DNA of 64,000 bases from contig ML978121.1 in NCBI GenBank assembly GCA_010015805.1, forward strand, positions 1,488,001 through 1,552,000, written 5' to 3'. The position numbers and the translations under genes are program-made. The stretch is from Rhizodiscina lignyota. Lineage: Eukaryota. The notes under the pieces are model-generated. The model searched no databases and had not been told where the DNA came from. It saw only the letters and a list, made by a program, of their open reading frames with translations. Shown here in pieces: positions 11,335 through 22,422 of this stretch; positions within the stretch are counted from its first letter, which is position 1, and the number at the start of each line of letters is the position of its first letter.

Positions 11335-11346
11335 GGCCTTTTTTTT
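11328..11346 (+). terminator. Putative RNA polymerase III terminator (T7-GGCC-T8)
   Basis: Two oligo-T runs immediately after the 3' stem of the candidate ncRNA. Confidence 0.5.
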
Positions 11347-11512
11347 AAAATTTTCTATCCAGCTGTTAAGTGGTAGAGGCCCACTACGAGTCTCTCTTCG
11401 AAAACTACTATCATCAGCATGTCAAGCCTTTTTTTTCTTTTCTATCTAGCTGTCAAGTGGTAGAGGCCCACCACGAGTCTCTCTTCAAAAAATACTGTCA
11501 TCAGCATGTCGA
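11336..11512. repeat. Direct tandem duplication with an 87-bp period; differences are mostly transitions
   Basis: TTCTATC(C/T)AGCTGT(T/C)AAGTGGTAGAGGCCCAC(T/C)ACGAGTCTCTCTTC(G/A)AAAA.TACT(A/G)TCATCAGCATGTC(A/G)A. TAGAGGCCCAC occurs at 11374 and 11461. Confidence 0.9.
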
Positions 11513-11865
11513 ACGATACCATGGCACATGTTGTTTGGATACACGAGGTGACGTATTGTTTACTAGCCTCGAGGCACCCGCGGCAGACATCACGTCACGT
11601 GGCCTATCTGTGTTGAGCAGGTATTTATTCTTCCCAACCTCCACAAACTTTCAATTTTTTCAACAGCGCACAACCAAACCCCACACAACCAACCCGCGCA
11701 CAACCAGATCTCGCACGTACAAACCTCACACGTACAAACCACTCTTCACACAGGCATGGCGAATCTCCGTCAGTCCCACGGCAAGTATGAACTATACACC
11801 TCATTGACCATGGCAGAACAACTTCGATTAAAGCCGCAGAGCGTGCTATCGATCTTCTCAACACC

Positions 11866-12328
11866 ATGGCCCCCGACCTCCACTCCCTGCCCGCCGAGCT
11901 GCAGTACGAGATGATCAGCAACCTGACAGGGCTCAGCCGTTACTTCTTGAGCGAAACGTGTCAATACTACCGCAACACTCTCGGAGCTTTCAACATGCCG
12001 CAACTAGTAGACGCCGAAGTGGAGTGGAACCAGATGGTTATCGATCGTCATGTCGGACGTAGGGCATACGGATGTCGCGAGTGCCTTCGTTTGAGGGGGG
12101 GAAGAAGAGTTTTCGATCGCTATGGCAGTGCGGGATGGTGATAAGCGATTTACGAGAATCTGCATCGAATGTGGAGTGAGGACGGGGTTCTACAAACCCG
12201 GAACGATGCTAGAGTACCGGCGCGCAACCCATTGCGTGTGCCTGGTGTGCAACAGACTGAAGAATGCCGAGGCGGAAGATACCCGTCGCCGTCGGGCGAT
12301 GTGCCGTGATTGCGGTCCATCGAACTAG
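11866..12328 (+). pseudogene. F-box-like, Cys-rich protein split by a +1 frameshift in a G7 run (pseudogene or assembly error)
   Basis: N-terminal LHSLPAELQYEMISNL...LSETCQYYR is F-box-like. CRECLRLR is followed in another frame by RICIECG...CVCLVC...CRDC. Removing one G from 12095-12101 gives a continuous CRECLRLRGEEEFSIAMAVRDGDKRFTRICIECG. Confidence 0.7.
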
Positions 12329-12499
12329 TGAAAAAGATAGAAGTCGACTGTGTTGAACGTTCACGAAGATAGCTACAATACTATGGTTGTCCTGAGTAAA
12401 TACATGCGGTTCCCAATACAAATGAAAGTCACCAAGTTCCGACAGTTAGATAGAGGAGGGTTCTTTGAAGCTTCAATGCATACATACGCCACGTTTCAG

Positions 12500-13330
12500 G
12501 CAGCAGAAATAGCTTCTTCTACTTGGTGAAACCATTCAGTAAAAGTATTGGTTGCTTGTACTTGATAATAGATCTTAGAGTGCAGCTGTAGTGAAGCGGA
12601 ACCGCTTGAACCCCCTCGACGGTGACAATAAAACTGGCCGCGGCTTTCAAGACACAGAACATTATAACTCTGTAACCTGTATACGTAGTAAGAGGTACAA
12701 GTTTCTCAATGGTCTAATATTGTTTAGTATACTCTAAAGAACGTATAACTAAGCTTTAAGAGATAGTCCTACTTGGCTTGAAGTGTAAGAGCCGTTCGCC
12801 CTTGGATGTTACAGCTTCTTAGCAGCCGACTATTTTGTCATCCTCGAGATGGCTCGGTCTAACATTATAACTCCTGTCCCTACGAAAGAAGGTCCGGCTG
12901 TGGTTACTACGGAGCTAGTTTCTCGTGAGCGTATGAGACTAGCAACGACGTCTCTTTTCCGCGATAACGAGAAGTAAATCCTCTAAGGCAGGCTAAGTAA
13001 GCTACTCTACGATAATGTTAAATATAAACTTACTAATATATAGAAGTCTCTCATAAGTACTGAAGAAGACTGTAATAGAAAGGCTCTCTGCACTGTTCAC
13101 TCGCGGGAAATACATAGCTCCTTGTATATTGTCGTTGTTCCACTACACTACCCATGCTAGACTTGGTACATGTCGAAAGTAAGTTATAAGTTACTTTTGG
13201 TATAGTTTCACCAAGTTCAAGGAGAGACTCCTTCCGCTCAAACTGTAGTATACCCAAGCGTTAGCATATAGGAGAAGCCAGGTCAAATGTCCCTCAACGA
13301 TTGATTGATATGCACTTATGTTAACTACTA
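12500..13330. other. AT- and TpA-rich tract without long ORFs, probably a RIP-degraded repeat or transposon relic
   Basis: Visibly enriched in TA, TAG and CTA (e.g. TCTAATATTGTTTAGTATACTCTAAAG, TTAAATATAAACTTACTAATATATAG) compared with the flanks. No recognisable protein motif. Confidence 0.45.
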
Positions 13331-13456
13331 GCTGCATTGAATCGGCGCTATCTTGACATTATAACGACTACCAGAACATCCATGACCCCAGCAGAACTTG
13401 ATCTCAATGCAATCTGCGATTCCTATTCAACGCAGGAGTATCCACACAGCGCGATT

Positions 13457-14533
13457 ATGTCAACGGCAACGGAACAAATCGCCTCTGCAGGGCCACGCAA
13501 TGCGAAACTCCTATCTGTCCTTGCGGAGACAGACTATGCTCCTGCCGCGTTGAAACAACAAATCGCGTTCATCAAGGATCTCCAGGCTTCCCTGAAACAG
13601 ACGGACGCGCACATTGCTAAGCTAAACCAGAGCGTACAAAAAGAGCTCAAAGACCATGAAAAGTACCGGGACTCGACCGTAAAACGCTTCGCTTACCGCA
13701 TCGGTGGTAAGAAGGAGAAGTTTGAAGAGAAGGCTTCGAAGGAAGAGCGGGAGTACTTCGAGGCTGTCATAGCCCAGAAAGCGGCCGAAGATGAGCGAAC
13801 TATGCTCCGAGGCCAGTTAGAGGAGGCACAGAAGGTCAAGACGCAGTTCGAGAGCGCCGTCGAGACGCATCGACAGGCCCAAGAGGAGTTAAGCGAGCTC
13901 TATGAAGGCATCTTTGCTGGACCGACTCCGGATTTCCCGGAAGAAGACGCCAAGGAGCTCCCCGTGTACGAAGCAGAAAGACGACGCGATGAGATACAGA
14001 CGAAGCTTACCAGAGTCTCTCAGGCGGTCAACGTCCTCCAGGAAGCGCAGAGGGCAATGCTGGTGTGCAGGGATCAGATGCTCACGGCGTTGGACTACTC
14101 AACCTACGACATCTTCGGCGGCGGCACCTTTGCCGATCTGGCAGAACGCAACGCGTTGAGTAGAGCAACAACCGCGGCTGCGCGCGCGATGGGGCTCGTG
14201 CAACAAGCACGAAGGCTCGACAGCAACGTCCAGCCGTTCGGCCCGTTGCAAATTGCCCAGGGAAATTTCCTCAGCGACGTAGTGTTTGACAATATCTTCA
14301 CGGACCTGGCGTTCCACGACAAGATCAAGGAGTCGGCAGCCGATGTAGAGCGGGCCTCCTCGCGTCTGACGCAGCAGAACAAGCAAGCGCTCCAGCGGCA
14401 AGAGGGACTACGGAAAGATATGCAGGCTTCGGAGAAGGAGTTGAAGAGGGCGAGAGACGAGCTGCAGAAGGTCCGGCAAGATGCCTTTGAGAAAGTGGCG
14501 GCGAGCCACCCTCCGCCGTACTCTGAGGAGTGA
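13457..14533 (+). CDS. Conserved fungal coiled-coil protein of unknown function with a C-terminal PPPY motif
   Basis: Intronless 358-codon ORF from ATG 13457. Helical E/K/Q/A-rich sequence with motifs IFAGPTPDFPEED, YDIFGGGTFAD and DVVFDNIFTD; ends HPPPYSEE. Confidence 0.85.
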   Translation: MSTATEQIASAGPRNAKLLSVLAETDYAPAALKQQIAFIKDLQASLKQTDAHIAKLNQSVQKELKDHEKYRDSTVKRFAYRIGGKKEKFEEKASKEEREYFEAVIAQKAAEDERTMLRGQLEEAQKVKTQFESAVETHRQAQEELSELYEGIFAGPTPDFPEEDAKELPVYEAERRRDEIQTKLTRVSQAVNVLQEAQRAMLVCRDQMLTALDYSTYDIFGGGTFADLAERNALSRATTAAARAMGLVQQARRLDSNVQPFGPLQIAQGNFLSDVVFDNIFTDLAFHDKIKESAADVERASSRLTQQNKQALQRQEGLRKDMQASEKELKRARDELQKVRQDAFEKVAASHPPPYSEE

Positions 14534-17500
14534 GTGCGTTTCTTTCTTTTTTTGGGACTGTGTTACGTTCGGCACGATGTTACGATGGTGGCAATGACGA
14601 CTTTGCTCATGAGTATAGGATTTCATTTATCAGGCGGAGAGCAAGGCGTTTCGCGGTATATATCGCGAAGAGGGCCTCTAAACTCCCAGGAGAGGAGATA
14701 CTGTCCTGGGACATTCCGCCGGTGACGAGGAAAGTAATTCGTTGTATTTATATTGGAACAGCATAAAAAAGGGCCCTGATCTTCAGTCTCAATGTGTTGA
14801 TACCTCTGATGTTCTTGCCTCGTTGTCAGAAATGATCCCACAGATATATTTGAACGAAACCTGAGAATACCCTGCGGGAGTCGCAAAGATATGTCATTCC
14901 ATATTTCCAATTCACGATTATAATGGTTGGGCTGTTGCGAAGGAGCTAAAGGACCGCACCTCGCCCGCTCGAAGGCTGAATATTTCACCCACCTCAAATT
15001 TAGCCTCAGATTGGCCAGATAGTAGGCCAAGTGGTTATATCATTAAAGGTCGTTACTCGATTCACGATTCATACAATGATAGATTGGTCCAGTCTAGTAA
15101 TTCTTAGTTTCACTGTTGGTCGTCCTTACTCCGCAAAAGTCACTGAAACACTCCCAACCCGCTTAATACCATTGCGCCATGTGCCGGTGCTATGGCGCTC
15201 GCGTGGCGCAGGACCATCGGTTTCAAAAGGAGAGTTTTGGAATCGAGCGAGAAAATCCCTAGCGCCAACGGAGTACTCCATACACAATCGGAAGCTTTCA
15301 CCAGCGTCCTTCGCCGTGTCCGCCGACGTCCGATGATGGTGGAAGATGACGGGCGCCGTGGAAAGCAAATTTCAAGTTTCCAGAAAGCGGAGAGAGGCCC
15401 AGAGATGAACCGTGAACACCTTGGCGTTGTGATGATGGCCACGGCGGAGGATGCCTGCGTGCCACGTTGACGCTTGCAACGACGCATGAGACAAAAATGC
15501 AGAAGTGGTGCACCGGAATCGCGTTGTGGAGAGCCAAATGCAACGGAAGATCGCCGACGCTGCAGGACGACCGTTGTCGGCGGCGTCGCAGACGTTGGCT
15601 TGAATTAAAGTTGTGCATCGTTCAACGGCCAGGGACTCGAAGGATTGCTCCAAGTCGTGGAGCATGCCACCACAGCGAGCAGCAGAGAATCGGAGAAAGC
15701 GGACACGGATTTACGGCAGCATCGTGGCTGTGAAGGAGGGAAGCAAGAATGCCGTGGAGAATCTATTGAAGAATGACATATTGCTCGTCCAGATCTAGCC
15801 TCTTCTCCAGATTTCATCTCGGCCGGCTTTCCGATAACGTAGCGGGGCATAAAAGGGGAAGCTGAGCATGCGATGGTGGTCCTTGCACCTCAGTGCCATG
15901 CTCGCTTTCTGCCACATGCTCGGAACGTATTTTGCGAGGCCCGAATTCCTTTGTGCCTTTTCTCGCTTCTCGCTCGACTGCTGATTGCTGAGAGCTCGAT
16001 CGTCGACGCCGAGATTGTTGCTGTGCTGACTGCTGTCGAGCAACGGTGGCTTGTCGTGGAATGCCGTACCTTGCAGCGGATTCTCGCAGTGCACGCAGAT
16101 GCTGCGCCTGGGTTCGCGCTTGCTGACAAGCGTACCAGCTTTCGAGCTGCCTTTACGACACCCATTATACGCCCGCACAATCCGGTGCTCAGGGGCGCTC
16201 CGGAGCATGAGAGATGCACGAAGGCGGCACGAGAGCGTCACGCATAAGCTGGCGTGGAGCAGCGCAGGATGGGCTATTTGCCGTGTTCGCTCTTGCTCTA
16301 ATGGCCGCCAAATCATAGATCCGCAAGGGCTGAAGGTGCAATGCAGGAGGACGCAGGGTTGCCACTTGAAATGGCGATAAGCGCCAGTTCAGCAGGCGGC
16401 CGACGCCTGTCCAATTGGCTGAATATACGCTTCGGCCTCTGCACGCTGCTAACAAGCAACGAGAGAGAACAGCGGAAGAACCGACGGCCTGGTCGAGAGA
16501 GGGCGATGATAGGGCGGTGATGAGCGGCTGGGGTGCCTGGACAGAAGTGGAAGTGCGGCACGTTGATTTTTTGCATTCTGCTCTCGTGGGAGTTCTGCAT
16601 GCAGAATCTCGAGCAGACGTTGTCAGCAGGACCGTAATTAAAGCATGTCGCCATGTACGCATTTCATGCATGCCCGCGCAGCCAGTGACAGCATCAGCAG
16701 CACTCCGAGCTGCAGACGGGCATACGGTAGGCTAAAATTGTGGATGAACTTGGAAGTGCGTGTCGACTTTTCCGCTGGGGATCCCTATACGCACAAGTTA
16801 CAGCATCATCCCACCGAGGGAGCGCTTGCTCGAACTGCCTGCCGCCGCCTGCTGCACGACGGCTGGCGAATGACTGCTTCGTCCCATAGTCTGAATGAAT
16901 ACAAGCCGATCGTCTGCTCGAAAGGCGACCTGCCCTTCCAAGCATCTCATCTCAATATTAATCCTCCGTCCTAACCACCGCCCGCGCCCTGGCCAAGTCC
17001 GGGAACGCCATTGACCACACGAAGCGTACCTTGCACCAACCGCTCCCTCTAAACCTCCCCTGCCAATAGTGCTCTCTGCGTCATCCCCGCTGCCGTCCTT
17101 TCAGCCCGTCTGTGTATAGCCCAGCATGCTCCGCTGAAGTGGGCAAAGTGGGCCAGACCAGCTGTTCAAGCTCAGGAGAGCAAACGACGTCGGACTGCTC
17201 AGTCGCAGACGGCCGCCGGCATGCTCTAATGACATCTTCGGTGCGTTTGATTTTATTACTCTCCATCCATGGTTGCGGAAAGAGCCACAGTCCAGTCCCT
17301 GCCGAGAAAAGGAGCCTCACTCACACATGTCGTTGTGCATAGGAAGGGATAGATCCAGTTACCACGACGCTCCACTCCTCCATTCCTTCAGCCCTCGAAT
17401 GCACGTCAATCCATCCTCTCGGACTCCTCACTCCATTCGCCTATGACCTTAGAAGCTTCAACCAGAAATTGCCGCCTCTCACTGCTTCCCTCTCTCGACC

Positions 17501-17835
17501 GCTTGACCGACATCTCTCCGCCTCAATCGTCCCTCGACTCCGAATTGCCTATTACATCCGAGCCTGCTGCAGGTACCCTATTTTTTGCTGACGGACCCCT
17601 ACGTCGTCGTTTGGAACAACTGCCGGACCGGAAACAATTCAGAGGGTTTAGACTATTGCTATGACAGCGGAATCTCAAATATATGGGTATGATATGCTCC
17701 GGATTCTTCCTCCGCATGTCGTTCTGTGTGACATGATATACCACATTGTCCTTGTACAAGCTTTTGTCGGATTTCGGGCATGAAAAGTTCCATTGCTGCC
17801 TCTCTTCTAGGCAGCAGACCTCATTCCATTTGTCA

Positions 17836-20356
17836 ATGGCTCGAGCTCATGAAGTCTCTGAACAAGGGTCACCAAGGCAAGATCTCAAAATCGGACAATT
17901 CCTGTCTCCATATCTTCACTATTAAACCAAGCTGATACCATGTCACTGACATATCCTGCTTCACAGATATACTGACTGGCGCCTTCCGAGCCCCTCTTCG
18001 ACACCTAAGGCACCTAACCTTACGTCACCTTCACTGAAGACACCCAAATCGGCCGGTTCTCCGTCGTATTTTCTTGACGCTTTTTCGACACCGCGGCCAA
18101 ATGGACACACGACACCTGCACAGACACCGTTGTATGGTACCTTCACAGTGGTAGAGCGGCCTGCGAGCCCCAAGCTGCGCGGGCCACCAAGACCAGAAGA
18201 TCCTGAATTTCACGTCAATCATCCGTCAACAACGCCACACCTCCAACTCCCACCGGTATCACCAACGCGACGACTTTCATCGTCACCTGACCTCTCCTCG
18301 TCCTTCTCGAACGCCCATCAACAGGACACTCCAACTATAGGATTGGCCGTACACTCCAAAAGCAAAAGTCCAATGGATCCATATCAGATGCAGACACCTC
18401 CCCCGACAAGGGACGCTTCGTCTCGGAGGAAAATGCTTCCTCCACAGATGGGCATTTCGAGCACCCCATCTACTCTCGCACCGCACCCTATAGGGACACC
18501 GATGGGTTCGCATCTGACGCAGCCTCCACAAGGCCCTCAAGGCCTGAATATACAAACGCCCTTCCAGTACCATACACTACAATTCTCGCCAGAGAACTTC
18601 CAATTCCCAGGGGGTGGGCCAGCATCTGCACCTGTGTACCCCCAGTCGAGATTGTTTTGGGATCCAAATAGCCCAAACAACGCAGCTGGGATTGATATGG
18701 GAGCGTCGTTAAATGATCCCTTTGGTCCAAGCCCTCAGGTATCTCACGGTCTCCCTGTTTGGCCGACTTTCGATCAGCAAGCAAGACCAACAACTGCTCC
18801 TTTCAACCCATCTTCTCAGCCACAGATGCAGACTAATCAGCACCTATGGTCCCCTGGCGATGTTTTGCCTCAGAATGTAGCGCCTTTCCCTCAATCGTCA
18901 CAACCTCCTGCAACCACCGGTGTGAATCCGAACATGCTGGCCAGCTTCTCCAGTCCGGCGCCTCACAATTCGATCACTATTCAACCACAGCAAACGCAGA
19001 TCTCACACCCTCAAGGAATGAGGCAGCCCTATGAGCATCAGATGGAGGAATCCAAGAGAGAACAAGATATTGCTCGACGGGTTAAACAGCAGCATTCTCG
19101 CCCTACCTCGTCGTCTGCTAACGTTCCATCCCTGAATGCGAAGCCTGGATTGCATCGCAGCAACACGGATAGTGGATTCCGTAGGAAACAGAACCAATCC
19201 GTTGATTCCCGACTGTCTACACAGAGTAACGAGCAAGCGATACCGCGCAAGCCTTCGCCTCTCAAGCGTCACAGTCAGCAGGGGCCAGTGTCATTAACTG
19301 CGATACCTGAAGCGGTTCGCACTCGGCCACGGACACGGCTGGTTATTGGCGAGGACGGGCGAGCACGAACAGAGACAGAGCCCGCGGAAGACGACGTAGA
19401 CAACCGACCACACTCTCGGCTATGGGCAACAATCGACAGTGACTCTGAGAGTGAAGCTGAAGACGCTGTGCCCAGTCAGCGTTCTTCGTTCATCTTCTCG
19501 TCCGACAGCTTTCGTCGGTCCTCGAAACATGCTCGTATCGATAGCACCGCTGAGCCAGCGAAAGTCACTAGATCTTCATCATCTGGGTCACTTAGCAATC
19601 TTTCGCTCGGAATTCGGAGATCAGCTAGCTCTTCATCACGGAGAAGTCATACTAAGATCGACCCTAGGCGCTTCAGCATAGCAAGCTTCGGTGCTGGATC
19701 GTTCACGTCAGACGGTGCAGAGCGCAATTCAGGGACGTGGGAGATGGAAGGCGTTGAGGAGGGAGACGCTCAGCTTGCCCTAAAGAAAGTCGTCGAAGAT
19801 CGACATAGGCGGCAAGGTACGTCTCCAAATTCCAACGCATCGTTTCTCCCTCGCCTAACGAGCCACAGAGCAAACAAGCCCTGAAGCCATCCTCAAAGCA
19901 CATAACCAACGTTGGTCGCTCGCATCTACGGATGCTGCAAAGCTCCAACCTTTTGTCATAGATCCTCCGACCTCTACTCCATCTGGCTCCACCTCTTCGT
20001 ACCATATGCATCACACCATCTCACCATCTGCTTTCACCGATGCTGGTATGAACAACCTCACACCGCAGACAGACCGAACGTCACTCTCGCAAGAAAATAT
20101 TCGATGTCTCTGCAACATTCCAGAGGATGACGGGACGCAGATGATACAATGTGAAAGCTGCATAAAATGGTTGCACGTCCGCTGTGTTGGCTTGAATAGC
20201 CATAACCTACCTCCAGTGTTCGTGTGCGTCTATTGTACAGGCCATACGCCGCTGGTCAGAGGCGGGAGAGTGCGGGAGCCGATGAGGATAATGCCTCAGC
20301 AGCAGCAAAATTTTGCATCACCACTGGCTGGAAGAGGCCGGAATCCATTCGGATGA
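17836..20356 (+). CDS. PHD-finger protein with a long Ser/Pro/Gln-rich disordered region
   Basis: Main exon 17967-19816 (YTDWRLPSPSSTPK...QMQTPPPTRD...RTRLVIGEDGRARTETE...GDAQLALKKV) and an intron from 19817. C-terminal C4HC3: CLC...MIQCESCIKWLHVRCVG...VFVCVYC. The start exon (17836-17876) is tentative. Confidence 0.85.
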
Positions 20357-22422
20357 TAGATGCCCTTGTGTTCATTCGTCTACATCGGATCAGTTTGATA
20401 CCCAAATTTCCTAGCAACGTCTGGCCTCGGGCACGTATCGCCTTTTCATTTGTTCGCGTGGATCTATCAGATACCCCTTCTTTTTCCAAAACATGTAGAT
20501 CGGGTTTCTTCATTGGCTTTGCATAGCGTTTGGGAACGACCAGGAGCTTGGCTCTCCTGTCACGGTTTCGTTTGTGCTTTTGATCACCGTAATCTCCACA
20601 CTTGCCTCCTCGGCGATCACAGAATGTCGCGATACTCCATCCACACTACATCTCCTTGATCACTCCAACCCTGATCTCGTCACCTTTCCTACACCGTCTC
20701 TACCGCACATAATGTAATGTTTTCCATCACTGCTTACATCGTCCACTGCATCTGCTATTGGTCCGGGCATACCGTTGGGCCCCTTCACACAGCAACAGCG
20801 AGGTGCATCTTATGAGTTTGATTCAATACGCAATGTTGAGCGATTTGCTTCTGATTACTAGTTATGATCGTCGAGGCTTGGTGTACACAAGTTGCGCATG
20901 CGGGAAGCAGACCCAAGATAGTACGCGTCCGCGAGATACGGGACCAAAGAATACAGAGATTAAGATGGAGCGTTCGAGTACTCATGCTTTGGTGATGGAG
21001 CTGAAGTGTGAATGCCGCCGCGTCGTACGGCACTCGATCCGGTCACTCCAGATGTTTTACTTTACCCCACACAGACGGTACTTGGGAATCGATCCCTCTG
21101 GATTCCATGCATGGTGCGACTAGAATCGAGTTTGTCTTTGACCTATGAGCGCCGTAGAAGGAACAAACTCCGCGCAAGATGTTGGGGGAGGCTTGGGGAT
21201 GGCTCGACGAAGGCTGCTCTGCAGCGCATCTCGACAGAATTACTTGTCTTGTCATCACTGGGGATGGTTCGAGGCCCGGTCTCATGCTAAGCCACGTGAC
21301 AACGGAGCTCTGCCCGGAAATCTTCCAGGGTTCTTCTTATGGAGCTCCCAACTCCATGTCACTGTATTTAAACTTCGTAGATCAGCGTCGCTTTCTTCAT
21401 AACGTGTACTCCATTCCGCTCGTGTCTTGATGCTCCTTCGCGATTCCAATTTTATGCGGAGTTTCGGCTTCACAGTTTCTCTAACTCTTTCAACTTACTC
21501 CGCAGATCAGATGCAGTTCCTTTAGAGTTTCGAGCTTACATAATAAGCTCAGTGCGCAATTGCTCTCGCTATCACAATTGCCTTGAAACTACCTTATTGC
21601 TCTTGCTCCGAAGCGGTTGCAATACTGCGGCGCTCGGTGTCCAATATCAAGCTGTGCCACGACGGAGTTGCTCTGCCCGTGGTCGCAGCGGTGATGGTGG
21701 AGGAGGGCGGCGAATGATTGGTCGGGCTCCGCGCGGGATGACATTTTGGGGTGGAACGAGGAGCGGAGCGTCGGAGAAGCATCCTGGAAGGGTCTGTGCT
21801 GTCCGCCGGCGTCGCGACCGAGAAGCTGGAAGAGGGCCAAGCGATAGGGCTCGCGGCACTTCTGAGCGCAAAGAACAATCATGCAAACGCCGGCAATATA
21901 CGAGGGATCGAAGGGCGCCCTCAGTATTCGACCACAGTCGCACTGCTCAAGCCACGAGTTGCTGAGGCATCACTTCAGCGCGGGGAATAGGGGGGCAGAC
22001 CTGAGGATGACGACGACAGTCAGGATTTCACGCCGGGCAGACGCACGGGGAGCGGCTCAGCCGGCACCCGCTGTCCCGCGGTGCTTAAAAGCCTCAGAGA
22101 TCGCCTCAGCGCTCCCACCCTCCGCTCGCGCTCCGCCCTCTCTCATCCTCCCTCATCCTCCCCTCTTACTCACCATCCCGATCAGCGTTGCGAGCCCAAA
22201 CACCCAATATAGCTCGCTAACACCATTTGTTAGCATTTCTCCAGCTAGGGCCTCTTTGTACACCCGTGTCTCCATAGTACCTGTGCCTCCGAAGTTCCAT
22301 TTGCGATATAATAACTCCCCGCCCTCCTTGTGAATGCAAGGAACGTCCGCTTAACGGCCCGATCGCGTATAAACTTCCAGAGCAAAGGCGGTGGAGCATT
22401 GTGGGATGGTAAAGAGTCGAGC

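Noticed and set aside
14800..17200. Many overlapping 80-170 aa ORFs
   Set aside because: No domain motifs or consistent exon structure; expected in GC-balanced intergenic DNA.
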